Shown here piece by piece: positions 1 through 13,154 of a DNA stretch of 64,000 bases. How positions within the stretch are numbered: position 1 is the first letter of the stretch; each line of letters opens with the position of its first letter. The stretch lies in NCBI RefSeq assembly GCF_041886205.1, contig NZ_CP169029.1; one strand, 5' to 3'. The translations under genes and the position numbers were made by a program. The stretch is from Escherichia coli (GTDB taxonomy: Bacteria; Pseudomonadota; Gammaproteobacteria; Enterobacterales; Enterobacteriaceae). Below the pieces are notes generated by a model. It saw only the letters and a program-made list of their open reading frames with translations. It searched no databases and was not told the DNA's origin.

Positions 1-856
1 GCACCACGCTAACATTGTTCCCTGGCAGATGCTTTGCGCACGCGTTGGCGCAGAGCTGCGTGTGATCCCGCTCAATCCCGATGGTACGTTGCAACTGGAG
101 ACGCTGCCTACGCTGTTTGATGAGAAAACTCGCCTGCTGGCAATTACTCATGTCTCCAACGTGCTTGGCACAGAAAATCCACTGGCGGAAATGATCACGC
201 TTGCGCACCAGCATGGCGCAAAAGTGCTGGTGGATGGCGCTCAGGCGGTGATGCATCATCCGGTGGATGTTCAGGCGCTGGATTGCGACTTTTACGTGTT
301 CTCCGGGCATAAACTGTATGGCCCCACCGGAATTGGCATTCTTTATGTGAAAGAAGCCTTGTTGCAGGAGATGCCGCCGTGGGAAGGGGGCGGTTCTATG
401 ATCGCCACCGTCAGCCTGAGTGAAGGCACTACCTGGACCAAAGCACCATGGCGGTTTGAAGCCGGTACACCCAATACCGGGGGCATCATTGGTCTTGGCG
501 CGGCGCTGGAGTATGTTTCGGCGCTGGGGCTTAATAACATAGCCGAGTATGAACAGAATCTGATGCATTACGCGCTATCACAGCTGGAATCTGTACCGGA
601 TCTCACTCTCTATGGCCCACAAAACAGGCTTGGCGTTATTGCTTTTAATCTCGGTAAACACCACGCCTATGATGTTGGCAGTTTTCTCGATAATTACGGC
701 ATTGCTGTGCGTACCGGACATCACTGCGCTATGCCATTAATGGCCTATTACAACGTCCCTGCGATGTGTCGGGCGTCGCTGGCCATGTATAACACCCATG
801 AAGAAGTGGATCGTCTGGTGACCGGATTGCAACGTATTCACCGTCTGCTGGGATAA
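1..856 (+). CDS. sufS: Cysteine desulfurase SufS, C-terminal part (5' end lies upstream of the window; reading frame begins at position 2)
   Basis: ORF 29..856 translation matches the SufS C-terminus from memory (..[22 protein letters not shown].., ..[10 protein letters not shown]..); the frame is open back to the window edge; followed 12 bp later by sufE. Confidence 0.9.
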   Translation, partial: HHANIVPWQMLCARVGAELRVIPLNPDGTLQLETLPTLFDEKTRLLAITHVSNVLGTENPLAEMITLAHQHGAKVLVDGAQAVMHHPVDVQALDCDFYVFSGHKLYGPTGIGILYVKEALLQEMPPWEGGGSMIATVSLSEGTTWTKAPWRFEAGTPNTGGIIGLGAALEYVSALGLNNIAEYEQNLMHYALSQLESVPDLTLYGPQNRLGVIAFNLGKHHAYDVGSFLDNYGIAVRTGHHCAMPLMAYYNVPAMCRASLAMYNTHEEVDRLVTGLQRIHRLLG

Positions 857-868
857 CAGGGAGGCACT

Positions 869-1285
869 ATGGCTGTATTGCCGGATAAAGAAAAATTGCT
901 GCGTAATTTTTTACGCTGCGCCAACTGGGAAGAGAAATATCTCTACATTATTGAGCTGGGCCAGCGTCTGCCAGAATTACGCGACGAAGACCGAAGCCCA
1001 CAAAATAGCATTCAGGGCTGCCAGAGTCAGGTGTGGATTGTCATGCGCCAGAATGCGCAGGGAATTATTGAATTGCAGGGCGACAGCGATGCGGCGATTG
1101 TGAAAGGGCTTATTGCGGTCGTCTTTATTCTCTACGATCAGATGACGCCGCAGGATATTGTCAATTTCGATGTGCGTCCGTGGTTTGAAAAAATGGCGCT
1201 CACCCAACATCTCACCCCATCTCGTTCACAAGGTCTGGAAGCGATGATTCGCGCAATTCGCGCCAAAGCCGCTGCACTTAGCTAA
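869..1285 (+). CDS. sufE: Sulfur acceptor protein SufE
   Basis: 138-aa ORF matching SufE from memory, immediately downstream of sufS as in the suf operon. Confidence 0.9.
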   Translation: MAVLPDKEKLLRNFLRCANWEEKYLYIIELGQRLPELRDEDRSPQNSIQGCQSQVWIVMRQNAQGIIELQGDSDAAIVKGLIAVVFILYDQMTPQDIVNFDVRPWFEKMALTQHLTPSRSQGLEAMIRAIRAKAAALS

Positions 1286-1433
1286 ACTAAAGGGACAGCT
1301 TTCATCCGGTTGGCTCACATTGCCGGATGGTCAATGTTTACACTGACCTGCACAGGAGTGTTTTGGTTTCAGGTGAACATAAGCGCCATCCGACGTTTCA
1401 GCGTGAGTCTCCGGCAAATACAGGAGGTTTACA

Positions 1434-2438
1434 ATGAAACGCGCGTCTTTGCTTACACTCACGCTTATCGGCGCTTTTAGCGCCATCCAGGCTGCCTGGG
1501 CGGTTGATTATCCGCTACCACCAACCGGAAGCCGACTGGTTGGGCAAAATCAAACGTATACGGTGCAAGAAGGGGATAAAAACCTTCAGGCTATTGCCCG
1601 ACGTTTTGATACTGCGGCAATGTTGATCCTTGAAGCCAATAACACTATCGCCCCGGTGCCAAAGCCCGGTACGACGATAACTATTCCTTCGCAACTGTTA
1701 TTACCTGATGCGCCGCGTCAGGGGATTATCGTTAACCTTGCAGAGCTGCGCCTTTATTATTATCCGCCGGGAGAAAATATCGTGCAGGTTTATCCGATAG
1801 GTATTGGCTTGCAGGGGCTGGAAACGCCGGTGATGGAAACGCGTGTGGGGCAGAAAATCCCTAACCCAACCTGGACGCCTACGGCAGGCATTCGTCAACG
1901 TTCGCTGGAGCGTGGCATTAAATTACCGCCAGTCGTTCCTGCCGGACCAAATAACCCGCTAGGACGTTACGCACTGCGCCTCGCGCATGGTAATGGCGAA
2001 TACCTCATTCATGGCACCAGTGCGCCGGACAGCGTTGGTTTGCGCGTCAGTTCAGGGTGTATTCGCATGAATGCACCGGATATTAAAGCCTTGTTCTCCA
2101 GCGTGCGGACGGGAACGCCGGTGAAAGTGATCAACGAACCGGTGAAATATTCCGTGGAACCTAACGGGATGCGTTATGTTGAAGTACATCGACCACTATC
2201 AGCAGAAGAACAGCAAAACGTTCAGACAATGCCATACACACTGCCAGCAGGCTTTACGCAATTTAAAGACAATAAGGCTGTAGATCAGAAGTTAGTCGAT
2301 AAAGCGTTGTATCGTCGGGCAGGGTATCCGGTTTCGGTGAGCAGTGGAGCAACTCCCGCAGCCAGCAATGCGCCTTCAGTAGAGTCAGCGCAGAATGGTG
2401 AACCAGAGCAAGGGAATATGTTACGCGCGACGCAGTAG
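1434..2438 (+). CDS. ldtE: L,D-transpeptidase LdtE (YnhG), periplasmic
   Basis: 334-aa ORF with N-terminal signal peptide ([20 protein letters not shown]), LysM-like region and YkuD-type catalytic motif [20 protein letters not shown]; AGGAGG Shine-Dalgarno upstream. Confidence 0.88.
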   Translation: MKRASLLTLTLIGAFSAIQAAWAVDYPLPPTGSRLVGQNQTYTVQEGDKNLQAIARRFDTAAMLILEANNTIAPVPKPGTTITIPSQLLLPDAPRQGIIVNLAELRLYYYPPGENIVQVYPIGIGLQGLETPVMETRVGQKIPNPTWTPTAGIRQRSLERGIKLPPVVPAGPNNPLGRYALRLAHGNGEYLIHGTSAPDSVGLRVSSGCIRMNAPDIKALFSSVRTGTPVKVINEPVKYSVEPNGMRYVEVHRPLSAEEQQNVQTMPYTLPAGFTQFKDNKAVDQKLVDKALYRRAGYPVSVSSGATPAASNAPSVESAQNGEPEQGNMLRATQ

Positions 2439-2453
2439 CGGTAAACGGCAAAC

Positions 2454-2486
2454 AAAAAAAATGGCGCACAATGTGCGCCATTTTTC
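2454..2486. terminator. Bidirectional intrinsic terminator between convergent ldtE and lpp
   Basis: 9-bp perfect stem (atggcgcac / gtgcgccat) with 3-nt loop, flanked by an A7 run on one side and a T5 run on the other, so it reads as hairpin plus U-tract on both strands. Confidence 0.8.
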
Positions 2487-2501
2487 ACTTCACAGGTACT
2501 A

Positions 2502-2750
<249 letters not shown>

Positions 2751-2991
2751 CTAGATTGAGTTAATCTCCATGTAGCGTTACAAGTATTACACAAAGTTTT
2801 TTATGTTGAGAATATTTTTTTGATGGGAAGGCACTTATTTTTGATCGTTCGCTCAAAGAAGCATCGAACGCTGGGTTTTAGATAAAAAAATTGAGAGAAA
2901 ACAGGATGCTTCCATCGGATTCATCTTAGATAAAGTGAGATTATATAGTGAAATCCGATTTGATTTTTTATTGCTTCTGGTTATCGATTAA

Positions 2992-3018
2992 ATAAAAAAA
3001 GCGCCCATCAGGGCGCTT
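2992..3018 (-). terminator. Intrinsic terminator downstream of pykF
   Basis: Stem agcgccc/gggcgct with 4-nt loop, followed on the minus strand by a U7 tract (A7 at 2994..3000 on the plus strand), about 30 bp after the pykF stop. Confidence 0.75.
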
Positions 3019-3048
3019 CGATATACAAATTAATTCACAAAAGCAATA

Positions 3049-4461
3049 TTACAGGACGTGAACAGATGCGGTGTTAGTAGTGCCGCTCGGTACCAGTGCA
3101 CCAGAAACCATAACTACAACGTCACCTTTGTGTGCCAGACCGCTCTGCAGAGCCAGTTCTTTACCCAGACGGTAGAAATCATCAGTAGAAGTGATCTCTT
3201 TAACCAGCTGCGGCACAACGCCTTTGCTCAGTACCAACTGATGAGCCGTTTTTTCGTTGGTGGTCAGTGCCAGGATGGTGGCATCCGGGAAGTATTTACG
3301 TACTGCGCGAGCAGATTTACCGCCCTGAGTAGCAACCACGATCAGCGGAGCATCCAGTTTTTCAGCAGTTTCAACGGCACCACGGCATACCGCTTCGGTA
3401 ATGCGCAGTTTACGGTTGTCATTGTTGAACTCGAGACGGCTGTTCATCACGCGGTCGGTACGTTCGCAGATGGTCGCCATGATAGAAACCGCTTCCAGCG
3501 GGTATTTACCTTTTGCGGATTCACCAGACAGCATCACTGCGTCAGTACCGTCGAGGATGGCGTTTGCAACGTCACCGGCTTCTGCGCGAGTCGGGCGTGG
3601 GTTTTTGATCATGGAATCCAGCATCTGGGTCGCAGTGATAACGACTTTACGTGCACGGATACATTTTTCGATCATCATCTTCTGGGCGAAGATAACTTCT
3701 TCTACCGGGATTTCTACACCCAGGTCGCCACGCGCAACCATGATGCCGTCAGAGGCTTCGAGGATTTCGTCGAAGTTGTTGAGGCCTTCCTGGTTTTCGA
3801 TTTTGGAGATGATGTGGATGTTTTCGCCGCCGTGCGCTTTCAGGTGCTCACGGATTTCGATAACGTCAGAACGCTTACGAATAAAGGAAGCAGCAACAAA
3901 GTCTACGCCTTGTTCGCAACCAAAGATCAGGTCCTGTTTGTCTTTTTCAGCCAGTGCTGGCAGAGCAATGGAAACGCCAGGCAGGTTCACACCTTTGTTT
4001 TCGCCCAGGTCACCGTTGTTCAGCACTTTACAGATAACTTTGTTACCTTCAATGGCGGTAACTTCCATACCGATCAGACCATCGTCAACCAGTACGGTGT
4101 TGCCAACAGACAGGTCAGTAGTGAAACCTTCATACGTTACCGCAACCATTTCGCTGTTGCCGATAACAGATTTATCAGTGGTGAAAGTAAAGGTCTGACC
4201 AGCTTTCAGAGAAACGTCGTTACCGCCTTCCAGTTTCATGGTGCGGATTTCCGGACCTTTGGTATCAAGCAGGATAGCGGCGGTTTTACCAGTTTTGCTC
4301 ATCACGTTGCGCAGATTCTGAATGCGCTGACCGTGTTCTGCATAGTCACCATGAGAGAAGTTCAGACGCATAACGTTCATGCCAGCGTCCAGCATTTTAG
4401 CTAACATCTCTTCAGATTCGGTTTTCGGTCCGATGGTGCAAACAATTTTGGTCTTTTTCAT
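3049..4461 (-). CDS. pykF: Pyruvate kinase I (FBP-activated)
   Basis: ORF 3049..4677 trimmed to the internal start [19 protein letters not shown], giving the expected 470 aa; the 72 in-frame codons upstream are treated as leader. Confidence 0.95.
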
Positions 4462-5017
4462 GACAGTCTTAGTCTTTAAGTTGAGAAGGATGGGAGAAAC
4501 TTGCTTTCTGGGCGCACTGCCGGAAAGCGAATCCGGTATTACGAAAGTGGTGGTGCCTCGCTCTAAGGATAGGTGACATCGAAAAAGCGTGCAGAGGAAT
4601 GTGTGCTTGTGTCTCAGCCCAACGTGAGTGCCTGTTTTTGAGTCGTTGAGTTCTACAGTCCAAAGTGCTGAAACCATTCAAGAGTCAATTGGCGCGCATT
4701 ATACGCTGAAATTAATCCAAAAGGAAAACAAAAACAGCGTTTCAAAAAATATACAACTTGTTAGACAATAAATTGTTATCAAAGATTTAACGTTCCAGGG
4801 AAAAGGTTACGCAAAAACTTCACTGTTTGCGCAACGTCTGGTGCCGAAGTTGTCAGTGTGAGGATAAGTGAAAGTTCATCCGGTGTATAAATATATCATC
4901 GCTCAATTGCTACAGTTAAAATAATTTATCGCGTTATTTGTCTGATTTTGTTTGATTTTTGTTTAATTGGTTAGATTGATATATGCTGATAGTTGGCATG
5001 ATAAATAGGTATAAAGA

Positions 5018-5227
5018 ATGGGAAATCGGACAAAAGAGGATGAACTGTACCGAGAAATGTGCAGAGTTGTCGGTAAAGTTGTGCTGGAAATGCGCGATCT
5101 GGGGCAGGAACCAAAGCATATTGTTATCGCAGGCGTATTACGTACAGCATTAGCCAATAAACGCATTCAGCGCAGTGAGCTGGAAAAGCAGGCGATGGAA
5201 ACCGTCATTAACGCACTGGTAAAATGA
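5018..5227 (+). CDS. fumD: Small protein FumD (YdhZ), putative fumarase D
   Basis: 69-aa ORF MGNRTKEDELYREMCRVVGKVVLEMRDLGQEPKH.. at the position between pykF and ydhY expected from conserved synteny. Confidence 0.75.
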   Translation: MGNRTKEDELYREMCRVVGKVVLEMRDLGQEPKHIVIAGVLRTALANKRIQRSELEKQAMETVINALVK

Positions 5228-5230
5228 CCA

Positions 5231-5265
5231 TTCAGGATGAGGCGGTAAGCTTCATCCTGATATTC
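5231..5265 (+). terminator. Candidate terminator after fumD
   Basis: 9-bp stem tcaggatga/tcatcctga with 11-nt loop immediately after the fumD stop; only a weak T-rich tail. Confidence 0.35.
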
Positions 5266-5467
5266 TTGCTTCAGTTGCGGTCCAGTTAATCATTCTAAAT
5301 AACAACTGCTGAAATTATACGAATTGCGGTATGTATTTTAATTTATAACGATAATATTATTTTTATTTTCTGCAATGAACGTCACAAATAATTGTCGCTT
5401 AAGTTAAATTTATTTTAAATGATAATAAATATCAGTTCACTTATAATTTCTTGCTTTGTAATTTTAA

Positions 5468-5481
5468 TTGATAACGATCAA
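5468..5481 (+). promoter_or_regulatory. FNR-type binding site, perfect consensus TTGAT-N4-ATCAA, upstream of ydhY
   Basis: Sequence ttgataacgatcaa read directly; sits in the AT-rich fumD-ydhY intergenic region about 200 bp upstream of the ydhY start; the ydhY operon is reported to be FNR-activated. Confidence 0.6.
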
Positions 5482-5682
5482 TGTTAAGGGTTCAGAATAA
5501 TTACATTATTTTTTCTCCTAACCATAAAGGATTAGTTTATCGGCGTTAAATCTTTTCTCATACACTATCGGGTTAGGGAAAATATCTGGTGTTGGGGACA
5601 GAGTCAGCAGCGTATTAGTTGAATGCTTAATATCAGGCTGCTGAATTGTCAGCACTGTGTTTGCGAAGAGGATGCGAAATAA

Positions 5683-8432
<2,750 letters not shown>

Positions 8433-8435
8433 GGA

Positions 8436-9083
8436 ATGGGTAAGATGAACCATCAGGATGAATTGCCGTTAGCGAAAGTCAGCGAAGTTGACGAGGCGAA
8501 GCGGCAATGGTTGCAGGGGATGCGTCACCCCGTTGATACGGTAACCGAACCAGAACCTGCTGAAATCCTGGCTGAGTTCATTCGCCAGCATTCTGCGGCT
8601 GGGCAGCTGGTGGCGCGCGCCGTGTTTCTCTCGCCACCCTATTTGGTTGCAGAAGAGGAACTGTCAGTTTTGCTGGAAAGCATTAAGCAGAACGGAGACT
8701 ACGCGGATATCGCTTGTTTGACGGGAAGCAAGGATGATTACTATTACTCAACGCAGGCCATGAGTGAAAACTACGCGGCGATGTCTTTGCAAGTTGTGGA
8801 GCAGGACATTTGTCGCGCCATTGCACACGCCGTTCGTTTTGAGTGCCAGACGTATCCTCGTCCTTACAAAGTCGCCATGCTGATGCAAGCGCCATATTAC
8901 TTCCAGGAAGCGCAGATTGAAGCCGCGATCGCCGCGATGGATGTTGCACCTGAATATGCCGATATACGGCAGGTGGAGTCATCGACGGCGGTGTTGTACT
9001 TGTTTAGCGAGCGATTTATGACCTATGGCAAGGCTTATGGCTTATGCGAATGGTTCGAGGTAGAGCAGTTTCAGAACCCCTGA
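8436..9083 (+). CDS. ydhW: Uncharacterised protein YdhW
   Basis: 215-aa ORF starting 4 bp after the ydhV stop; no recognisable motif; assigned by position in the conserved ydhYVWXUT order. Confidence 0.75.
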   Translation: MGKMNHQDELPLAKVSEVDEAKRQWLQGMRHPVDTVTEPEPAEILAEFIRQHSAAGQLVARAVFLSPPYLVAEEELSVLLESIKQNGDYADIACLTGSKDDYYYSTQAMSENYAAMSLQVVEQDICRAIAHAVRFECQTYPRPYKVAMLMQAPYYFQEAQIEAAIAAMDVAPEYADIRQVESSTAVLYLFSERFMTYGKAYGLCEWFEVEQFQNP

Positions 9084-9146
9084 AATTTCAGGGAGATGTC
9101 ATGGATAGGGTGGACAGTTGCAGCCACTGCATTAGGGGATAATCAG

Positions 9147-9815
9147 ATGTCCTTCACTCGACGCAAATTTGTTCTGGGGATGGGAACAGTAATCTTTTTT
9201 ACTGGTTCTGCGTCTTCTCTGTTAGCGAACACGAGGCAAGAAAAGGAAGTTCGGTATGCCATGATTCATGACGAGTCACGGTGCAATGGCTGTAATATTT
9301 GCGCCCGCGCATGCCGTAAAACTAACCACGTCCCCGCTCAGGGAAGCCGTTTATCGATAGCACACATTCCAGTCACCGATAACGACAACGAAACGCAGTA
9401 TCACTTTTTTCGCCAGTCATGTCAGCACTGCGAAGATGCTCCGTGCATCGACGTTTGCCCGACGGGGGCATCGTGGCGTGATGAGCAGGGGATCGTGCGG
9501 GTAGAAAAATCGCAGTGCATCGGCTGCAGTTATTGCATTGGCGCTTGTCCGTACCAGGTTCGCTACCTTAACCCTGTCACTAAAGTGGCAGATAAATGTG
9601 ATTTCTGCGCTGAGTCCCGGCTGGCAAAAGGCTTTCCGCCCATTTGCGTCAGCGCTTGTCCGGAACACGCATTGATCTTTGGTCGCGAAGATAGCCCAGA
9701 AATTCAGGCGTGGTTGCAGGAAAATAAATACTATCAATATCAGCTACCTGGTGCCGGGAAACCGCATCTGTATCGCCGGTTCGGTCAACATTTGATTAAA
9801 AAGGAAAATGTATGA
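9147..9815 (+). CDS. ydhX: 4Fe-4S ferredoxin-type protein YdhX with twin-arginine (Tat) signal
   Basis: ORF 9096..9815 trimmed to MSFTRRKFVLGMGTV (222 aa); RRKFV Tat motif; several Cys clusters (CNGCNICARAC, CIGCSYCIGACP). Confidence 0.82.
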   Translation: MSFTRRKFVLGMGTVIFFTGSASSLLANTRQEKEVRYAMIHDESRCNGCNICARACRKTNHVPAQGSRLSIAHIPVTDNDNETQYHFFRQSCQHCEDAPCIDVCPTGASWRDEQGIVRVEKSQCIGCSYCIGACPYQVRYLNPVTKVADKCDFCAESRLAKGFPPICVSACPEHALIFGREDSPEIQAWLQENKYYQYQLPGAGKPHLYRRFGQHLIKKENV

Positions 9816-10597
9816 ACCCGTCGCAACATGCTGAACAGTTTCAGAGCCAGTTAGCGAACTATGTGCCACAGTTCACTCCCGAATTTTGGCCGGTGTGGTT
9901 GATCATTGCCGGAGTATTGCTGGTTGGGATGTGGTTGGTGCTGGGGCTGCACGCCTTGCTTCGTGCTCGTGGCGTGAAGAAATCAGCCACCGATCATGGT
10001 GAGAAGATTTATCTTTACAGCAAAGCGGTCAGATTATGGCACTGGTCGAATGCGTTACTCTTTGTATTGTTGCTGGCAAGTGGGCTGATAAATCACTTTG
10101 CGCTGGTGGGCGCAACTGCGGTCAAAAGTCTGGTTGCGTTGCATGAAGTTTGCGGATTTTTGTTACTCGCATGCTGGCTCGGCTTTGTGCTGATCAATGC
10201 TGTTGGGGGTAATGGTCACCACTATCGCATTCGTCGTCAGGGGTGGCTGGAACGAGCGGCAAAACAAACGCGATTTTATTTGTTTGGCATTATGCAGGGG
10301 GAAGAACATCCTTTCCCGGCAACAACCCAGTCTAAATTTAATCCCTTACAGCAGGTCGCCTATGTTGGTGTCATGTATGGATTGCTGCCGTTGTTACTAT
10401 TGACGGGGCTGCTGTGTCTCTATCCGCAAGCCGTGGGAGATGTGTTTCCTGGCGTAAGATACTGGTTATTGCAGGCGCATTTTGCTCTGGCATTTATAAG
10501 CCTCTTTTTTATCTTCGGTCATCTTTATCTTTGCACCACGGGGCGTACGCCACACGAAACCTTTAAAAGCATGGTCGATGGCTATCACCGGCACTAA
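9812..10597 (+). CDS. ydhU: Integral membrane protein YdhU (PhsC/NrfD-like quinol-interacting subunit)
   Basis: 261-aa hydrophobic ORF overlapping the ydhX stop by 4 bp. Confidence 0.8.
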   Translation: MNPSQHAEQFQSQLANYVPQFTPEFWPVWLIIAGVLLVGMWLVLGLHALLRARGVKKSATDHGEKIYLYSKAVRLWHWSNALLFVLLLASGLINHFALVGATAVKSLVALHEVCGFLLLACWLGFVLINAVGGNGHHYRIRRQGWLERAAKQTRFYLFGIMQGEEHPFPATTQSKFNPLQQVAYVGVMYGLLPLLLLTGLLCLYPQAVGDVFPGVRYWLLQAHFALAFISLFFIFGHLYLCTTGRTPHETFKSMVDGYHRH

Positions 10598-10600
10598 CGA

Positions 10601-11413
10601 ATGATCATTACACGAGCAGACCTGCGAGAATGGCGTATCGGAGCGGTGATGTATCGCTGGTTCCTGCGCCATTTCCCACGCGGCGGTAGTTATGCCGATA
10701 TTCATCATGCACTGATTGAGGAAGGATATACGGACTGGGCGGAGAGTCTGGTTGAGTATGCGTGGAAAAAATGGCTGGCGGATGAAAACTTCGCGCATCA
10801 GGAAGTTTCCTCTATGCAAAAACTGGCCACAGACCCCGGAGAGATACCATTTTGCAGTCAGTTTGCCCGCAGCGACGATCATGCTCGCATCGGCTGTTGT
10901 GAGGATAACGCCCGAATCGCAACCGCTGGGTATGCCGCGCAAATTGCCAGTATGGGTTATAGCGTGCGGATTGGAAGTGTCGGCTTTAACAGTCACATTG
11001 GCAGCTCCGGTGAACGCGCACGGGTTGCTGTAACCGGTAATTCTTCGCGGATAAGCAGCGCTGGAGATAGTAGTCGGATTGCGAACACCGGAATGCGAGT
11101 ACGCGTTTGTACATTGGGTGAACGGTGTCATGTCGCCAGTAATGGTGACCTGGCGCAAATCGCCAGCTTTGGCGCAAACGCCAGAATTGCCAACAGCGGC
11201 GACAATGTACACATCATTGCCAGCGGTGAAAATTCAACGGTTGTGAGCACGGGCGTGGTCGACTCAATTATTCTCGGGCCAGGGGGAAGCGCCGCACTGG
11301 CATATCATGACGGCGAAAGAGTTCGCTTCGCCGTCGCCATTGAAGGTGAAAACAATATTCGAGCCGGAGTCCGCTATCGTCTTAATGAACAGCATCAGTT
11401 TGTTGAGTGCTGA
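10601..11413 (+). CDS. ydhT: Uncharacterised protein YdhT, last gene of the ydhYVWXUT cluster
   Basis: 270-aa ORF; central portion is a run of about 14 nine-residue repeats (see repeat feature). Confidence 0.8.
   Translation: MIITRADLREWRIGAVMYRWFLRHFPRGGSYADIHHALIEEGYTDWAESLVEYAWKKWLADENFAHQEVSSMQKLATDPGEIPFCSQFARSDDHARIGCCEDNARIATAGYAAQIASMGYSVRIGSVGFNSHIGSSGERARVAVTGNSSRISSAGDSSRIANTGMRVRVCTLGERCHVASNGDLAQIASFGANARIANSGDNVHIIASGENSTVVSTGVVDSIILGPGGSAALAYHDGERVRFAVAIEGENNIRAGVRYRLNEQHQFVEC
10877..11281 (+). repeat. In-frame 27-bp (9-residue) tandem periodicity within ydhT
   Basis: Translation gives successive 9-mers DHARIGCCE/DNARIATAG/YAAQIASMG/YSVRIGSVG/FNSHIGSSG/ERARVAVTG/NSSRISSAG/DSSRIANTG/MRVRVCTLG/ERCHVASNG/DLAQIASFG/ANARIANSG/DNVHIIASG/ENSTVVSTG with conserved [RHQ]-[IV] at positions 4-5 and Gly at position 9. 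Confidence 0.8.
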
Positions 11414-11424
11414 TAGCTTTACCT

Positions 11425-13029
11425 TTAATCAAACGAAAGACGCCGACGTGCACGGGATGCAGGTTTTACGACCGCCCGAGCCATCGCCTCACCAATTTCT
11501 GCACATGCCGTAAGTCCCTGAACGAAAGGCTGGTCGTGCATCAACCAGGGCAACGCGCCGAACGCTACGCGTCCACGAATATCTTCGGGTTGCTGTAACG
11601 TATAATCTTCGCCAACATCAGGGATTTCATCCCCTGTTTTCTGTAATTGCTCGCGTAGCCCAGGGAAAGGAATATCTTTCACTTTAAGCGGACGCTGTCC
11701 GCGGGCATCAATAAAAACGTCAAACGAGTAGCTGTTGTCTTCCGTTTTCAGGACGGTGCGCGACTCATTAATTTCCATTTCGTAGTCTTCACCGAGGGCG
11801 AGAATATGAATGATCCCCGCTTCACGTAAGGCCAGCAGCCGACGAATAGACTCTGAAGGGATTGCCGCATAATTATCGATAAAAACCCGGGTAAGGCCTT
11901 TACTGAACCGTTTATGGTCGTGTTCATTCAGATGTGGAACAATTTCCTGTACGGCTTCATGCAGGCGCAGAATGACATAACGCCAGGGAACAGTATGTTT
12001 TTCTCGTTTATTGCGTTCGACTTCCTGGAGATTTTTTTCTGCCCAGTCAAATGGGTCGCGTTGTTTGCGCTCGGCAAACCAGGCTTGAGCAAAGGAATCG
12101 ACATTCAGGCTCTCTAAGGCTATGCGTTGGCTCCAGTCTGGATCAGCAAACTTGATTTCCTCTACTATCAATCTAAATACCCGATCCAAAAGGCCCTCTT
12201 CGCCTTTTTGAATCTCAGCATTTAATGCCTGATCGGTGACAATGTGTAAGGACTCGTAGGGAATAGGGCAATAGAAATCGGCTTCGGGTAAAATACCCGT
12301 GCGCGACATCAACGTGATATTTAGCTTTTCACTTGCGTTATCGCGGTGAAAAACGACGTGTTGTTTATCATCTTCAATGAACGAACCATGCTGAATAGCC
12401 ACTGCCATTGCCGCATCCAGTCCGCTCAAGGATGTTCCCATAATACCCACGTTACACGCATCGACCTTTGCTTCCATCAGGCCTGACCACGGGCTGGGAA
12501 AATACGTTCGGGTTGCTTCTTCTTCATCAGGCCAGACGTGACCCGTGGCAATCACCGCTAAATCAAACGTCTCGCTGGGTAAACCCTGATTTGTAGCGAG
12601 CATGACGCCAGCATTTGTAATTTGCAGATCGGTAACCTGGCATGATTCATAAACAGCCACTGCAAATTTTTGCTTTCGTGCCTGGTCTACTAATCGTAAA
12701 AATTGATCGCGGAAATATTCGCCCAGCAGAATTCGCGGTAAAAACTGACGATCGTGCAAGGTTTCTTTTTTAACGCCATAACGCTGGAGATGGCTGGCTT
12801 CTTGCTTTTGTAGCCATTCGAGATACGTACAATTAATCGGCGGTATTTCAATACTGGCAATATTTGCCAGCATCATTTTTGAGTTTTCCTCATCACTGTA
12901 TGGCATCCCGACACCGGCCTCGTCAGCCTGCTCGAAGATAGAAATAGAAAGTGGAGTTTGTTGCTGTAGAAGCGAGAATAAGGTGTAGATCCCCGTAGGC
13001 CCGGCACCCACAATAGCAATTTTTTTCAT
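11425..13029 (-). CDS. ydhS: FAD/NAD(P)-binding protein YdhS
   Basis: 534-aa ORF with N-terminal dinucleotide-binding motif MKKIAIVGAGPTGIYTLFSLL; convergent with ydhT with an 11-bp gap. Confidence 0.85.
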   Translation of the reverse strand: MKKIAIVGAGPTGIYTLFSLLQQQTPLSISIFEQADEAGVGMPYSDEENSKMMLANIASIEIPPINCTYLEWLQKQEASHLQRYGVKKETLHDRQFLPRILLGEYFRDQFLRLVDQARKQKFAVAVYESCQVTDLQITNAGVMLATNQGLPSETFDLAVIATGHVWPDEEEATRTYFPSPWSGLMEAKVDACNVGIMGTSLSGLDAAMAVAIQHGSFIEDDKQHVVFHRDNASEKLNITLMSRTGILPEADFYCPIPYESLHIVTDQALNAEIQKGEEGLLDRVFRLIVEEIKFADPDWSQRIALESLNVDSFAQAWFAERKQRDPFDWAEKNLQEVERNKREKHTVPWRYVILRLHEAVQEIVPHLNEHDHKRFSKGLTRVFIDNYAAIPSESIRRLLALREAGIIHILALGEDYEMEINESRTVLKTEDNSYSFDVFIDARGQRPLKVKDIPFPGLREQLQKTGDEIPDVGEDYTLQQPEDIRGRVAFGALPWLMHDQPFVQGLTACAEIGEAMARAVVKPASRARRRLSFD

Positions 13030-13154
13030 TGTTACTTACCTGTACGCATTCTTTCGAATTTAGTGTTATCAGATAAGTTTGGTTGAGATTTTTAGAATTT
13101 GAGAAATTTCAGACAGGGATGAAAAGGGCGCTAACCGCCCTTGATTAAATTCTG

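Noticed and set aside
3058-4404. 448-aa ORF on the plus strand, and a nested 265-aa ORF at 3401..4198
   Set aside because: Entirely antisense to pykF, whose product is recognisable along its full length; no start context; treated as an open antisense frame of a highly expressed gene
4462-4677. N-terminal 72-codon extension of the pykF ORF (542 aa versus 470 aa)
   Set aside because: The start [13 protein letters not shown] gives the expected pyruvate kinase length; the extension is probably untranslated leader
10466-11212. 248-aa minus-strand ORF
   Set aside because: Antisense to the ydhT repeat region; ydhT is supported by the conserved operon context and the in-frame 9-residue periodicity
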